From NCBI GenBank assembly GCA_038087875.1, contig CM075991.1, forward strand, positions 13,642,001 to 13,706,000: DNA of 64,000 nt, in the 5' to 3' direction. This DNA comes from Malacoraja senta. Lineage: Eukaryota. Below, in pieces: positions 24,299 through 37,439 of the stretch. The number at the start of each line of letters is the position of its first letter. Within the stretch, counting starts at the first letter, position 1. A program made the position numbers and the translations under genes. The notes beneath the pieces are model-generated. The model was given only the letters and a program-made list of their open reading frames with translations. It was not told the origin of the DNA and ran no database searches.

Positions 24299-24922
24299 CT
24301 TTTGAGTATAGGAGCAGGGAGGTTCTACTGCAGTTGTACAGGGTTTTGGTGAGACCACACCTGGAGTATTGCGTACAGTTTTGGTCTCCTAATCTGTGGA
24401 AGGACATTCTTGCCATAGAGGGAGTACAGAGAAGGTTCACCAGACTGATTCCTGGGATGTCAGGACTTTCATATGAAGAAAGACTGGATAGACTCGGTTT
24501 GTACTCGCTAGAATTTAGAAGATTGAGGGGGGATGTTATAGAAACGTACAAAATTCTTAAGGGGTTGGACAGGCTAGATGCAGGAAGATTGTTCCTGATG
24601 TTGGGGAAGTCCAGAACAAGGGGTCACAGTTTAAGGATAAGGGGGAAATCTTTTAGGACCGAGATGAGGAAAACATTTTTTCACACAGTGGCGAATCTCT
24701 GGAATTCTCTGCCACAGAAGGTAGTTGAGGCCAGGTCATTGGCTATATTTAAGAGGGAGTTAGATGTGGCCCTTGTGGCTAAAGGGATCAGGGGGTATGG
24801 AGAGAAAGCAGGTACAGGATACTGAGTTGGATGATCAGCCATGATCATATTGAATGGCGGTGCAGGCTCGAAGGGCCGAATGGCCTACTCCTGCACCTAT
24901 TTTTTATGTTTCTATGTTTCTA
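24299..24922 (+). mobile_element. Nested CR1 3' fragment
   Basis: ORF 24292-24825 gives the CR1 C-terminus; tttctatg tail; the host CR1 resumes after it. Confidence 0.92.
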
Positions 24923-24945
24923 TCTCCTCAAAGTTAGCCTTTCTC

Positions 24946-25598
24946 TTTTTTATTTTTTTTATTAGAAGTGTTTTACATTACAGTAATCTGCAATAACGTA
25001 ACTTTATACAGTTCTTGTACTACTTCTGTTTTTCAACTTAAATAGAAAAAAAGGATAGAAAGAGCTAGCAAAGACAGTCAGTGAGTGAATGAAAAAGTGG
25101 TCCAGGAACACACATGTGAACCTAAACCACGAGAAGTAGTTAAAGAAGAAAAGAAAAAAAGAGAAAAAAGAAAATAAGATAGGACAATATGAAAGGGATG
25201 TACCTACTTATCTTTACTCGCCCCTCGCCAGGTCCTAAAACCATTTATTATCATCATTTTGTTGCACCCTATGTTTGTAATAAGTCGATATATGGAGACC
25301 AAATCTTTTGGAATTGGTCTTGTTTACCTGCTAGGAGGAATCTCATATCTTCTAGATGTAACAATTCCGACATATTAGAAGCCCACATTTTTATTGTTGG
25401 CATAGGAGCATTTTTCCAAAATTTCAGTATCATTTTTTTTGCCGTTATTAAGCTATAACTAAGAAAACTCCTTTGAAACACAGTCAGCTCCAAACTTGCT
25501 TCTATTGTTCCAAAAATAATCAGTTCTGCATTCGGTTTCAGTTTTATTTTAAATAATTTAGTGAAAATTTCAAAAATTTCATTCCAAAATTTTAAAGA
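24946..25598 (-). mobile_element. Nested L1/Tx1-clade LINE 3' fragment with poly(A) tail and 11-bp TSD
   Basis: TSD TAGCCTTTCTC at 24935-24945 and 25599-25609; T run at 24946-24960; peptide FWNEIF...IIFG...AKKMILKFWK...W...KIWSPY resembles an L1/Tx1 ORF2 C-terminus. Confidence 0.85.
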
Positions 25599-28500
25599 TA
25601 GCCTTTCTCCAGTCAAAAATCTCAACCTTAGGTCCAGTTCTGACCCTCTCCATAATTATATTGAAACTAATGGCATTGTGATCACAGGACCCGAAGTGCT
25701 CCCCAACACATACCTCTGCCACCTGCCCTGTCTCATTTCCTAACAGGAGGTCCAGCACTGCCCCTTCTCTTGTAGGTACCTCTATGTATTGCTGCAAAAA
25801 ACTATCCTGCACACATTTTACGAACTCCAAACCAGCCAGCCCTTTTACAGAATGTGTTTCCCAGTCTATGTGTGGAAAATTGAAATCTCCCACAATCACT
25901 ACCTTGTGCTTACTACTAATATCTGCTATCTCCTTACATATTGGCTCTTCCAATTCTCGCTCCCCATTTGGCAGTCTATAATACACCCCTATAAGTGTTG
26001 CCCCTTTCCCATTTCTCAGTTCCACCCAAATAGCCTCTAGATGAGCCCTCTAATCTATCCTGCCAAAGCACTGCTTTAATATCTTCCTTGACAAACAATG
26101 CAACACCCCCACCTCTTGCCCCTCCAATTCTATCACCCCTGAAGCAACGAAATCCTGGAATATTTAGTTTCCAATCACAGCCATCCTGCAACCATGTTTC
26201 ACTGATCGCCACAACATCATACTTCCAGGTATCAATCCAGGCTCTAAGCTCATCCACCTTTCTTACAATGCTCCTAGCATTTAAATATACACATTTAAGA
26301 AACCCACCACCTCTTATTCTCTGTTTATTATCTTTTTCCTCTTTCTCCCCTACATGTTGGGTCTGAGTGCTTCCCTTCTCTGCCTCCTGCCTCGCACCCT
26401 GACTACTAGCTTTCCCTATTCGAGTCCCTCCCCCCAACCGTTCTAGTTTAGTCTCCCCAGTTGCCTTTGCAAATCTTCCCGCCAGGATATTGGCGTTGAA
26501 CGTTACGGGGTCTGAATGATGATCTCGTCCCAAAATGTCACCTGTTCCTTCTCACCAGAGATGCTGCCTGACCTGCTGAGTTACTCCAGCTCGTTGTCTC
26601 ACCATACATTTGGGTGCATCTACATTGTTACTATCCATTTCTTCAGTACTCTCGGTTCTACTCTCATCCTTGGCTCTGCTCTTGGCCTTTCCACCCTGAC
26701 TCGACAATTTTTGACTGAAAATCTGGGGGGTTGAGTTTTTCCAGGTATTTTTAACCAACTGGACACCACTAAATGTTTGTTTATATAGAACGTTTCAATG
26801 TCCACGTGTAGAGTACTGCATTGGGCAACAAGGTTGGGAGAACACTTGTGAAATTTAATGTGTATTTGATGGGGTAACTGGGGTGTTGCTGTGCTTGTAA
26901 ATTGCAAGTCAGTGCTGGAGCAACTCGATGGGTCCAGCAATGTCACTGGAGAATATAGATTGGTAATTCTGGGTTGGGACTCTTCAGACCCGTAAGAATT
27001 TTAGTCTAAATATATTCGACTACTTTAATATTGGTCCAACCTGTAGGAGTCCTGACTGCAGAGACACATTGGTCCTGGTTGGAGATGCATCTCCAGGCAT
27101 TGTCCACATGTCCAAGTGTTATTACCTTGAGGACTAGAATCTTCCCACCCAGGACTGTCTGACCCACTGAGTTACTCCAGCACTTTGTCTAATTGTAGAG
27201 AAGGACGTTGGAAAATTTCAAACAGTAAAATGTTATGTTAATTTGATTTTTCAGCATCAAGTCTTCCTGGATTTGGTCTTTCTGGATGTCATAGGAAGAT
27301 AAGGTACATATTTCTAACTCTCTTCAGTTTAATGGGATAAATGTGTTAAATTATTGATGGCTTTTCAAAATTTGTTTCTTCAACATCGAGGAGCTTGCAG
27401 TCTCTGGTAGAGACCGATGTCGGGAAGCTCCAAAGAACGCAAAAGGTTCGACTAGACCCCGAGTGAGCTGGGATTCAACCCCCCGATGCAGGACCCCCGA
27501 CACGGACGGCCCGACCGCCGGCTATGGGAGTCGAGATCGTGCGACAACGGAAGGCTCGAGGCCCCAGACCGCGGGAGACCAAAGAAGGGAAGAGTTTGAA
27601 ATTTGTGTTCTGTTGCTTTTTATTGGTATGAGTGGATGGTAAATGAAAATCCTCGTGTTGCAAACATACTTTTTTTGCAACACGAGCCACCCCATGCTTG
27701 AATCGTGAGTAAATACACAGTGTTGGAGGAACTTGGTGGGTTTGACAACTTCTGAAGAAATGGACAGATGACTCATCGGGTCAGGAGCTCTCAGTCTGAA
27801 ATATGGGGGAGAGCTGGAAATGAGGTGGGGGGTGGGCACTGCCTGACAGGTGATGGGTGGATTACAGGTGAGTGGGTGATGGGCAAATGGATGGAGAAAA
27901 TGCCAAAGGCTGAAGATGGAAGTGATCAAACGTGTTGGATAAGGACAAGAACTGTGAAATGTAAAACCAGGGTGAGGTGGAGTTGGAAGGTAAAAGGGAA
28001 ATATGGGACAGTTGAGAGATGAGCATATGTCCCTTCATTAACTAAGTAACAGTAATAACTAAAAAATAATAATAACTAAATAATAATAATAACTAAATAG
28101 TAATACCAACTAAATAGTAATACCAACTAAATAGTAATACCAACTAACTAGTCCTTTCTTGTACGCTCATCTCTCAAACAGTCCCATATTCCCTCTGTCC
28201 CTTCCACCCATCTCTCCTAGTTTCATATTTCCGTTCTCTGCTTATTTGGCATTTTGTCCCTTTCACCTTGAGCCTTTGGCACTCACTCTATCCATATGCT
28301 CATCACGCCTCACATGTACCACCTATTTACTTGCTGGCTTTGTCCTGCGTGCCTCTGCATCTTTTCACGCTCTTTCATCAGTCTGAGGAAGGTTGCTGAC
28401 CTGATGTCATCTGTCCATTCCACTTGCAGTCAGGCAGATTGTGCCTGTACTGCTGAATGCCTCCAGCACTTCGTCTTTGGACAGAGCCATGTTCCCTGGT

Positions 28501-30829
28501 TGTAGTTGGCTCCTGTTACAGGGAAAGTAGAGTTTAATATATTTGACTGGAGCTCTGTGGGATTGGGTTTTTCCATGTATTTTTGAACCATCTGGACACC
28601 ACTGAATGTTTGTTTATATCTAACGTTTAAATGTCCACGTGAGGAGTAAGGCATCGGGCAACAAGGTTGGGAGAACACTTGTGAAATATAATGGGTATTT
28701 GATGTAACTGGGGTGTTGCTGTGCTTGTAAATTGTGTCAGTGCTGGAGCAACTCGATGGGTACAGCAACATCGCTGAAGAACATGGATTGGTAATTCTGG
28801 GTTGGGACTCTTCAGACCTTAATCTCTTGAGCTAGTCTAAATATATTCTACTACATTAATATTGGTCCACCTGTAGGAGTGCTGACTGCAGAGACACAAT
28901 GGTCCTAGTTGGAGATACATCTCCAGGCATTGTCCACATGTCTCCAAGTGTTGTTACCTTGAGGACTAGAATCTTCTCACCCAGGACTGTCCGACCCACT
29001 GAGTTACTCCCACACTTTGTCTAATTGTAGAGAAGGATGTTGGAACATTTCAAACATTAAAATGTTATGTTAATTTGATTTTTCAGCATCAAGTCATCCG
29101 GGATTTGGTCTTTATGGATGTCATAGGAAGATAAGGTACCTATATCTAACCCTCTTCAGTTTAATGGGGTAAATGTGTTAAATTATTGTTGGCTTTTCCA
29201 AATTTGTTTCTTCAACATCGAGGAGCTCGCAGTCTCTGGTATAGACTGATGTCGGGAAGCTCCAAAGAACGCAAAAGGTTCGACTAGACCCTGAGTGAGC
29301 TGGGATTGAACCCCCCGATGCAGGACCCCCAACACAGACGGCCCGACCGCTGGCTACGGGAGTCAAGGTCGTGCCGTCAACGGGAGGCTCGAGGCCTCAG
29401 ATCAAAGAAGGGAAGAGTTTGAACTTTGTGCTCTGTTGCTTTTTATTGGTATGAGTGGATGGTAAATGAAATTCCTCGTGTTGCAAACATACGTTTTTTG
29501 CAACACGAGCCACCCCATGCTTGAATCGTGAGTAAATACACAGTGTTGGAGGAACTTGGTGGGTTTGACAACTTCTGAAGAAATGGACAGATGACTCATC
29601 GGGTCAGGAGCTCTCAGTCTGAAATATGGGGGAGAGCTGGAAATGAGGTGGGGGGTGGGCACTGCCTGACAGGTGATGGGTGGATTACAGGTGAGTGGGT
29701 GATGGGCAAATGGATGGAGAAAATGCCAAAGGCTGAAGATGGAAGTGATCAAACGTGTTGGATAAGGACAAGAACTGTGAAATGTAAAACCAGGGTGAGG
29801 TGGAGTTGGAAGGTAAAAGGGAAATATGGGACAGTTGAGAGATGAGCATATGTCCCTTCATTAACTAAGTAACAGTAATAACTAAAAAATAATAATAACT
29901 AAATAATAATAATAACTAAATAATAATACCAACTAAATAGTAATACCAACTAAATAGTAATACCAACTAACTAGTCCTTTCTTGTACGCTCATCTCTCAA
30001 ACAGTCCCATATTCCCTCTATCTCTTCCACCCATCTCTCTCCTAGTTTCATATTTCAGTTCTACTTATTTGGCATTTTGTCCCTTTCACCGTGAGCCTTT
30101 GGCACTCACTCCATCCATATGCTAATCACACCTCACATGTACCACCTATTTACTTGCTGGCTTTGTCCTTTGTGCCTCTGCCTCTTTTCACTCTCTTTCA
30201 TCAGTCTGAGGAAGGTTGCTGACCTGAGATGTCATCTGTCCATTCCACTTGCAGTCAGGCAGATTGTGCCTGTACTGCTGTATGCCTCCAGCACTTTTGT
30301 CTTTGGACAGAGCCATGTTCCATGGTTGTAGTTGGCTCCTGTTACAGGGAAAGTAGAGTTTAATATTTTTGACTGAAGCTCTGGGGGTTTGGGTTTTTCC
30401 AGGTATTTTTAACCATCTGCACACCACTAAATGTTTGTTTATATCTAATGTTTAAATGGCCACGTGAAGAGTAAGGCATCGGGCAACAAGGTTGTGAGGA
30501 CACTTGTGAAATATAATGGGTATTTGATATAACTGGGGTGTTGCTGTGCTTGTAAATTGATCAGTGCTGGAGCAACTCGATGGGTACAGCAACATCGCTG
30601 GAGAACATGGATTGGTAGTTCTGGGTTGGGATTCTTCAGACCTTAATCTCTTGAGGTAGTCTAAATATATTCGACTACCATAATATTGGTCCAACCTGTA
30701 GGAGTCCTGACTGCAGAGACACAATGGTCCTGGTTGGAGATACAACTCCAGGCATTGTCCAAGTGTTTTAACTTGAGGACTAGAATCTTCTCACCCAGGA
30801 CTGTCCTACGCACTGAGTGGGTCGGACAG

Positions 30830-31400
30830 TCCTTGTGATTGAGGCAGTGCAGCGTAGGTTCACGAGATTGATCCCTGGGATGGCGGGACTGTCATATGGG
30901 GAAAGATTGAAAATACTAGGCTTGTATTCACTGGAGTTTAGAAGGATGAGGGGGGGGGGTATCTTGTAGAAACTTATAAAATTATAAAAGGACTGGACAA
31001 GCTAGATGCAAGAAAAATGTTCCCAATGTTAGGCGAGTTCAGATCCAGGGGCCGCAGTCTTAGAATAAAGGGGAGGTCATTTAAGACTGAGGTGAGAAAA
31101 AACATTTTCACCCAGAGTTGTGAAGTTATGGAATTCCCTGCCACAGAGGGCAGTGGAGGCCAAATCACTGGATGGATTTAAGAGAGAGTTGGATAGAGCT
31201 CCAGGGGCTAGTGGAGTCAAGGGATATGGGGAGAAGGCAGGCAAGGGTTAAGCGACTTTGAGTCCTGAAAAGCGCTATATAAATAAAATCTATTATTATT
31301 ATTATTATTGATAGGGGATGATCAGCCATGATCACAATGAATGGCGGTGCTGGCTCGAAGGGCCGAATGGCCTCCTTGTGCACCTATTTTCTATGTTTCT
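30830..31400 (+). mobile_element. CR1 3' fragment inserted in a monomer, containing a tiny L2-type tail (~31250-31308)
   Basis: CR1 C-terminal sequence, with an inner aagcgactttgag...aaagcgctatataaat...(att)n. Confidence 0.88.
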
Positions 31401-32921
31401 AAGTTACTCCCACACTTTGTCTATTTGTAGAGAAGGAAGTTGGAACATTTCAATCATTAAAATGTTATGTTAATTAGATTTTTCAGCATCAAGTCTACCT
31501 GGATTTGGTCTTTATGGATGTCATAGGAAGGTAAGGCACTTATTTCTAACCCTCTTAAGTTTAATGGGATAAATGTGTTACATTATTGATGGCTGTTTCC
31601 AATTTGTTTCTTCAACATCGAGCAGCTCGCAGTCTCTGGTAGAGACCGATGTCGGGAAGCTCCAAAGAACGCAAAAGGTTCGACTAGATCCCGAGTGAGC
31701 TGTGATTGAACCCCCCGATGCAGGACCCCCGACACGGACGGCCCGACTGCCGGCTACGGGAGTCAAGATTGTCCTGTCAACGGAAGGCTTGAGGCCCCAG
31801 ACCAAAGAAGGGAAGAGTTTGAACTTTGTGTTCTGTTGCTTTTTATTGGTATGAGTGGATGGTAAATGAAATCCCTTGTGTTGCAAACATACATTTTTTG
31901 CAACACGTGCCACCCCATGCTTGAATCGTGAGTAAACACAGTGCTGGAGGAACTTGGTGGGTTTGACAACCTCTGAATAAATGGACAGATGACTCATCGG
32001 GTCGGGAGCTCTCGGTCTGAAATACGGGGGAGAGCTGGAAATGAGGTGGGGGTTGGGCACTGCCTGACAGGTGATGGGTGGATTACAGGTGAGTGGGTGA
32101 TGGGCAAATGGATGAAGTGCCAAAGTCTGAAGGTGGAAGTGATGAAACATGTTGGATAAGGACAAGAACTCTGAAATGTGAACCTGGGTGAGGTGGGGTT
32201 GGTAGGTAGAAGTGAAATATGGGACAGTTGAGAGATGAGCGTACTTCCCTTCATTAACTAAGTAATAACTAATTAATAATAACTAAATAATTATAACTAA
32301 GTAACAACTAAATAATAACAACTAAATAATAACAACAACTAACTAGCCCTTTCTTGTACGATCATCTCTCAGAAACAGTCCCATATTCCCTCTATCTCCA
32401 CCCATCTCTCTCCTAGTTTCATATTTCAGTTCTACTTATTTGGCATTTTGTCCCTTTCACCATGAGCCTTTGGCACTCACTCCATCCATATGCTAATCAC
32501 AGCTTACATGTACCACCTATTAACTTGCTGGCTTTGTCCTGCGTGCCTCTGCATCTTTTCACTCTTTCATCAGGGTGAGGAAGGTTGCTGACCTGAGATG
32601 TCATCTGTCCATTCCACTTGCAGTCAGGCAGATTGTGCCTGTACTGCTGAATGCCTCCAGCACTTTGTCTTTGGACAGAGCCATGTTCCTTGGTTGTAGT
32701 TGGCTCCTGTTGCAAGGAATGTAGAGTTTAATATTTGTGACTGAAGCTCTGGGGGGGGGGGGGTTGGAGTTTTTCCAGGTATTTTTAACCATCTGGACAC
32801 CACTGAATGTTTGTTTATATCTAACGTTTACATGTCCATGTGAAGAGTAAGGCATCAGGCAACAAGGTTGGGAGAACACTTGTGAAATATAATGGATATT
32901 TGATATAACTGGGGTGGTGCT

Positions 32922-35150
32922 AATGACAGGATATATGACTGGTTAGGTCCTGACAGGATATTCCCGAGGACATTGAGGGAAGTTAGTGCAGAAATAGCAG
33001 GGGCTATGACAGAAATATTTCAAATGTCATTAGAAACGGGAATAGTGCCGGAGGATTGGCGTACTGCACATGTTGTTCAGTTGTTTAAAAAGGGTTGTAA
33101 GAGTAAACCTAGCAATTATAGACCTGTTAATTTGACGTCAGTGGTGGGCAAATTAATGGAAAGGATACTTAAAGATAATATATATAAGCATCTGGATAAG
33201 CAGGATCTGATTAGGAACAGTCAACATGGATTTGTGCCTGGAAGGTCATGTTTGACTAATCTTGAATTTTTCGAAGAGGTTACTAGGGAAATTGATGAGG
33301 GTAAAGCAGTGGATGTTGTCTATATGGACTTCAGTAAGGCCTTTGACAAGGTTCCTCATGGAAGGTTGGTTAAGAAGATTAAATTGTTGGGTATTAATGG
33401 TGGAGTAGCAAGATGGATTCAACAGTGGCTGATTGGGAGATGCCAGAGTAATGGTGGATGGCTGTTTGTCAGGTTGGAGGCTGGTGACTAGTGGGGTGCC
33501 TCAGGGGTCTATGTTGGGTCCACTGTTGTTTGTCATGTACATCAATGATCTGGATGATGGTGTGGAAAATTGGATTATTAAGTATGCAGATGATACTAAG
33601 ATAGGTGGTGTGGTGGATAATGAAGTAGATTTTCAAAGTCTACAGAGAGATTTAGGCCATTTCGAAGAGTGGGCTGAAAGATGGCAGATGGAGTTTAATG
33701 CTGATAAATGTAAGGTACTACATCTCGGCAGGACAAATCAAAATAGGACGTACATGGTAAATGGTAGAGAATTGAGGAATGCAGTTGAACAGAGGGATCT
33801 AGGAATAACTGTGCATAGTTCCCTGAAGGTGGAATCTCATGTAGATAGGTTGGTAAAGAAAGCTTTTGGTGTGCTGGCCTTTATAAATCAGAGCATTGAA
33901 TATAGAAGTTGGGATGTAATGTTAAAATTGTACAAGGCATTGGTGAGGCCAATTCTGGAGTATGGAGTACAATTTTGGTCGCCTAATTATAAGAAGGAGG
34001 TCAACAAAATAGAGAGTACAGAGGAGATTGACTAGAATGTTGCCTGGGTTTCAGCAACTAAGTTACAGAGAAAGGTTGAATAAGTTAGGTCTTTATTCTT
34101 TGGAGCGCAGAAGGTTAAGAGGGGACTTGATAGAGGTCTTTAAAATTATGAGCGGGTTAGACAGAGTTGACGTGGATAAGCTTTTTCCATTGAGAGTAGG
34201 GAAGATTCAAACAAGGGGACATGACGAGAATTAAGGGACAGATGTTTAGGGATAACTTTAAGGGGAACTTCTTTACTCAGAGAGTGGTATCTGTGTGGAA
34301 TGAATTTCCAGTGTAAGTGGTGGAGGCTGGTTTGATTTTATCCTTTAAAAATAGATTGTATGGGTATTATAAGATCGTGAAACATATAAGATCGTGAGGG
34401 GCCTTGATCGGGTGGATGCACCGAGGATGTTCCCAATGATCGGGGAAACTAGAACTAGGGGACATAGTTGTAGAATAAGAGGGGGCTCTTTTAAAACTGA
34501 GATGAGGAAGAACTTCTTCACCCAGAGGGTGGTTAATTTATGGAATTCACTGCCCCAGGGAGCAGTGGAAGCAGAAACATTAAATATATTTAAGTCTAAA
34601 ATAGATGTTTTTTTAGCTGCCAAGGGGATAAGGGGCTACGGGGAGAGGGCAGGGATATGGACCTAGGTATGGTTAGTATAGTAAGACCCGAGTGATCTCC
34701 TGGACAAGTGTCGATCGCCTGGATTGGGGTCGGAGAGGAATTTCCCGGATTTTTTTCCCGAATTGGACCTGGGTTTTTATCCGGTTTTTTGCCTCCCCCA
34801 GGAGATCACGCGGTTCTTGGGGTGGAGAGGGGTGATAGCGATATAAAGGGGAGGGTAGTGTCTTGTGTTCTGTGTCTTGTGTCTACTGTTTGTGGGTAAG
34901 GGTGTCTGTTTGGTGTTCAGCCATGAGCAAATGGCGGTGCGGGCTCGATGGGCCTGGTGGTCTACTCTCGCACCTACTTTCTATGTTTCTATGGACGGGA
35001 AAGGAATGGAGGGTTATGGTCTGAGTGCAGGTAGATGGGACTAGGGGGAAGTATTTATTTATTTAAATTTTTTTTTTTTTTTTAATGTTCGGCACGGACT
35101 TGAAGGGCCGAGATGGCCTGTTTCCGTGTTGTAATGGTTATATGGTTATA
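32922..35150 (+). mobile_element. 5'-truncated CR1 (ggttatat family), apparent TSD TGCT
   Basis: ORFs 32973-34234 carry RT motifs (KYADD); the monomer sequence resumes after the tail. Confidence 0.92.
34376..34992 (+). mobile_element. Young CR1 3' fragment nested in the previous element; same family as the full-length copy
   Basis: Almost identical to the reverse complement of 14455-15070. Confidence 0.94.
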
Positions 35151-35345
35151 TGCTGTGCTTGTAAATTGTGTCAGTGCTGGAGCAACTCGATGGGTACAGC
35201 AACATCACTGGAGAACATGGATTGGTAATTCTGGGTTGGGACTCTTCAGACTTTAAACTCTTAAGGTAGTCTAAATATATTCAACTACCTTATTATTGGA
35301 CCAAACTGTAGGAGTCCTGACTGCAGAGCCACAATAGTCCTGGTT

Positions 35346-35500
35346 GACAATAGACAATTGGTGCAGGAGTAGGCCATTCGGGCCTTTACCGCCATTCAAT
35401 GTCATCATGGCTGATCATCCCCAATCAGTACCCTATTCCTGCCTTCTTCCCATATCCCCTGGCTCTGCTATATTTAAGAGCCCTATCTAGCTCTCTTGAA
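35346..35500 (-). mobile_element. Short CR1 3' tail insertion
   Basis: CR1 3' UTR hairpin; the monomer sequence gttg is duplicated on either side. Confidence 0.8.
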
Positions 35501-37439
35501 AGTTGGAGATGCATGTCCAGGCATTGTCCACATGTCCCCAAGTGTTGTTACCTTGAGGAATAGAATCTTCACACCCAGGACTGTCTGACCCACTGTTACT
35601 CCAGCACTTTGTCTAATTGTAGAGAAGGAAGTTGGAACATTTCAAACATTAAAATGTTATGTTAATTTGATTTTTCAGCATCAACTCTACCTGGATTTGG
35701 TCTTTATGGATGTCATAGGAAGGTAAGGTACCTATTTCTAACCCTCTTCAGTTCAATGGGATAGATGTGTTACATTATTGATGGCTTTTCAAAATTTGTT
35801 TCTTCAACGTCGAGGAGCTCGCAGTCTCTGGTAGAGACCGATGTCGGGATGCTCCAAAGAACGCAAAAGATTCGACTAGACCTCGAGTGAGCTGTGATTG
35901 AACCCCCCGATGCAGGACCCCCGACGCGGACGGCCCGACCGCGGGCTACGGGAGTCAAGATCGTGCCGTCAATGGAAGGCTCGAGGCCCCAGACCAAAGA
36001 AGGGTAGAGTTTAAACTTTGTGTTCTGTTGCTTTTTATTGGTATGAGTGGATGGTAAATGAAATTCCTCGTGTTGCAAACCATACTTTTTTTGCAACACG
36101 TGCCACCCCATGCTTGAATCATGAGTAAATACACAGTGCTGGAGGAAATTGGTGTGTTTGACAACCTCTGAAGAAATGGACAGATGACTCATCGGGTCAG
36201 GAGCTCTCAGTCTGAAATACGGGGGAGAGCTGGAAATGAGGTGGGGGGTGGGCACTGCCTGACAGGTGATGAGTGGATTACAGGTGAGTGGGTGATGGGC
36301 AAATGGATGGAGTAAATACCAAAGGCTGAAGGTGGAAGTGATCAAACATGTTGGATAAGGACAAGAACTGTGAAATGTAAAACCAGGGTGAGGTGGGTTA
36401 GAAGGTAAAAGGGAAATATGGGACAGTTGAGAGATGAGCATACTTCCCTTCATTAACTAAGTAACAGTAATAACTAAAAAATAATAACTAAATAATAATA
36501 ACAACTAAATAATAATAACTAAATAATAATAATAACTTAATAATAATAAGTAAAGAGTAATACCAACTAAATAGTAATACCAACTAACTAGTCCTTTCTT
36601 GTATGCTCATTTCTCAAACAGTCCCATATTCCCTCTATCCCTTCCACCCATCTCTCCTAGTTTCATACTTCCTTTCTCTGCTTATTTGGCATTTTGTCCC
36701 TTTCACCTTGAGCCTTTGGCACTCCATCCATATGCTAATCACGCCTGACATGTACCACCTATTTACTTGCTGGCTTTGTCCTGCGTGCCTCTGCCTCTTT
36801 TCACTCTCTTTCATCAGTCTGAAGAAGGTTGCTGACCTGATGTCATCTGTCCATTCCACTTGCAGTCAGGCAGATTGTGCCTGAACTGCTGAATGCCTCC
36901 AGCACTTTGTCTTTGGACAGAGCCATGTTCCCTGGTTGTAGTTGCCTCCTGTTACAGGGAAAGTAGAGTTTAATATTTTTGACTGAAGCTCTGGGGGGTT
37001 GGGTTTTTCCAGGTATTTTTTACCATCTGGACACCACTGAATGTTTGTTTATATCTAGTGTTTAAATGGCCACGTGAAGAGTAAGGCATCGGGCAACAAG
37101 GTTGTGAGAACACTTGTGAAATATAATGGGTATTTGATGTAACTGGGGTGTTGCTGTGCTTGTAAATTGTGTCCGTGCTGGAGCAACTCGATGGGTACAG
37201 CAACATCGCTGGAGAACATGGATTGGTAATTCTGGGTATGGAATCTTCAGACCTTAATCTCTTGAGATAGTCTAAATATATTCGACTACCACAATATTGG
37301 TCCAACCTGTAGGAGTCCTGACTGCAGAGACACTGGTCCTGGTTGGAGATACAACTGCAGGCATTGTCCAAGTGTTTTACCTTGAGGACTAGAATCTTCT
37401 CAACCAGGACTGTCCTATGGACAGAGTGGGTCGGACAGT

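Larger units (their letters stand above)
22150..26493 (-). mobile_element. Decayed long CR1 (second family, ggttatat tail): end of ORF1 plus most of ORF2, with two nested insertions
   Basis: Successive frameshifted ORFs carry YLNARS, GDFNFP, NYRPVTLT, GVPQG and KYADD; (accatata)n tail at 22150. Confidence 0.92.
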
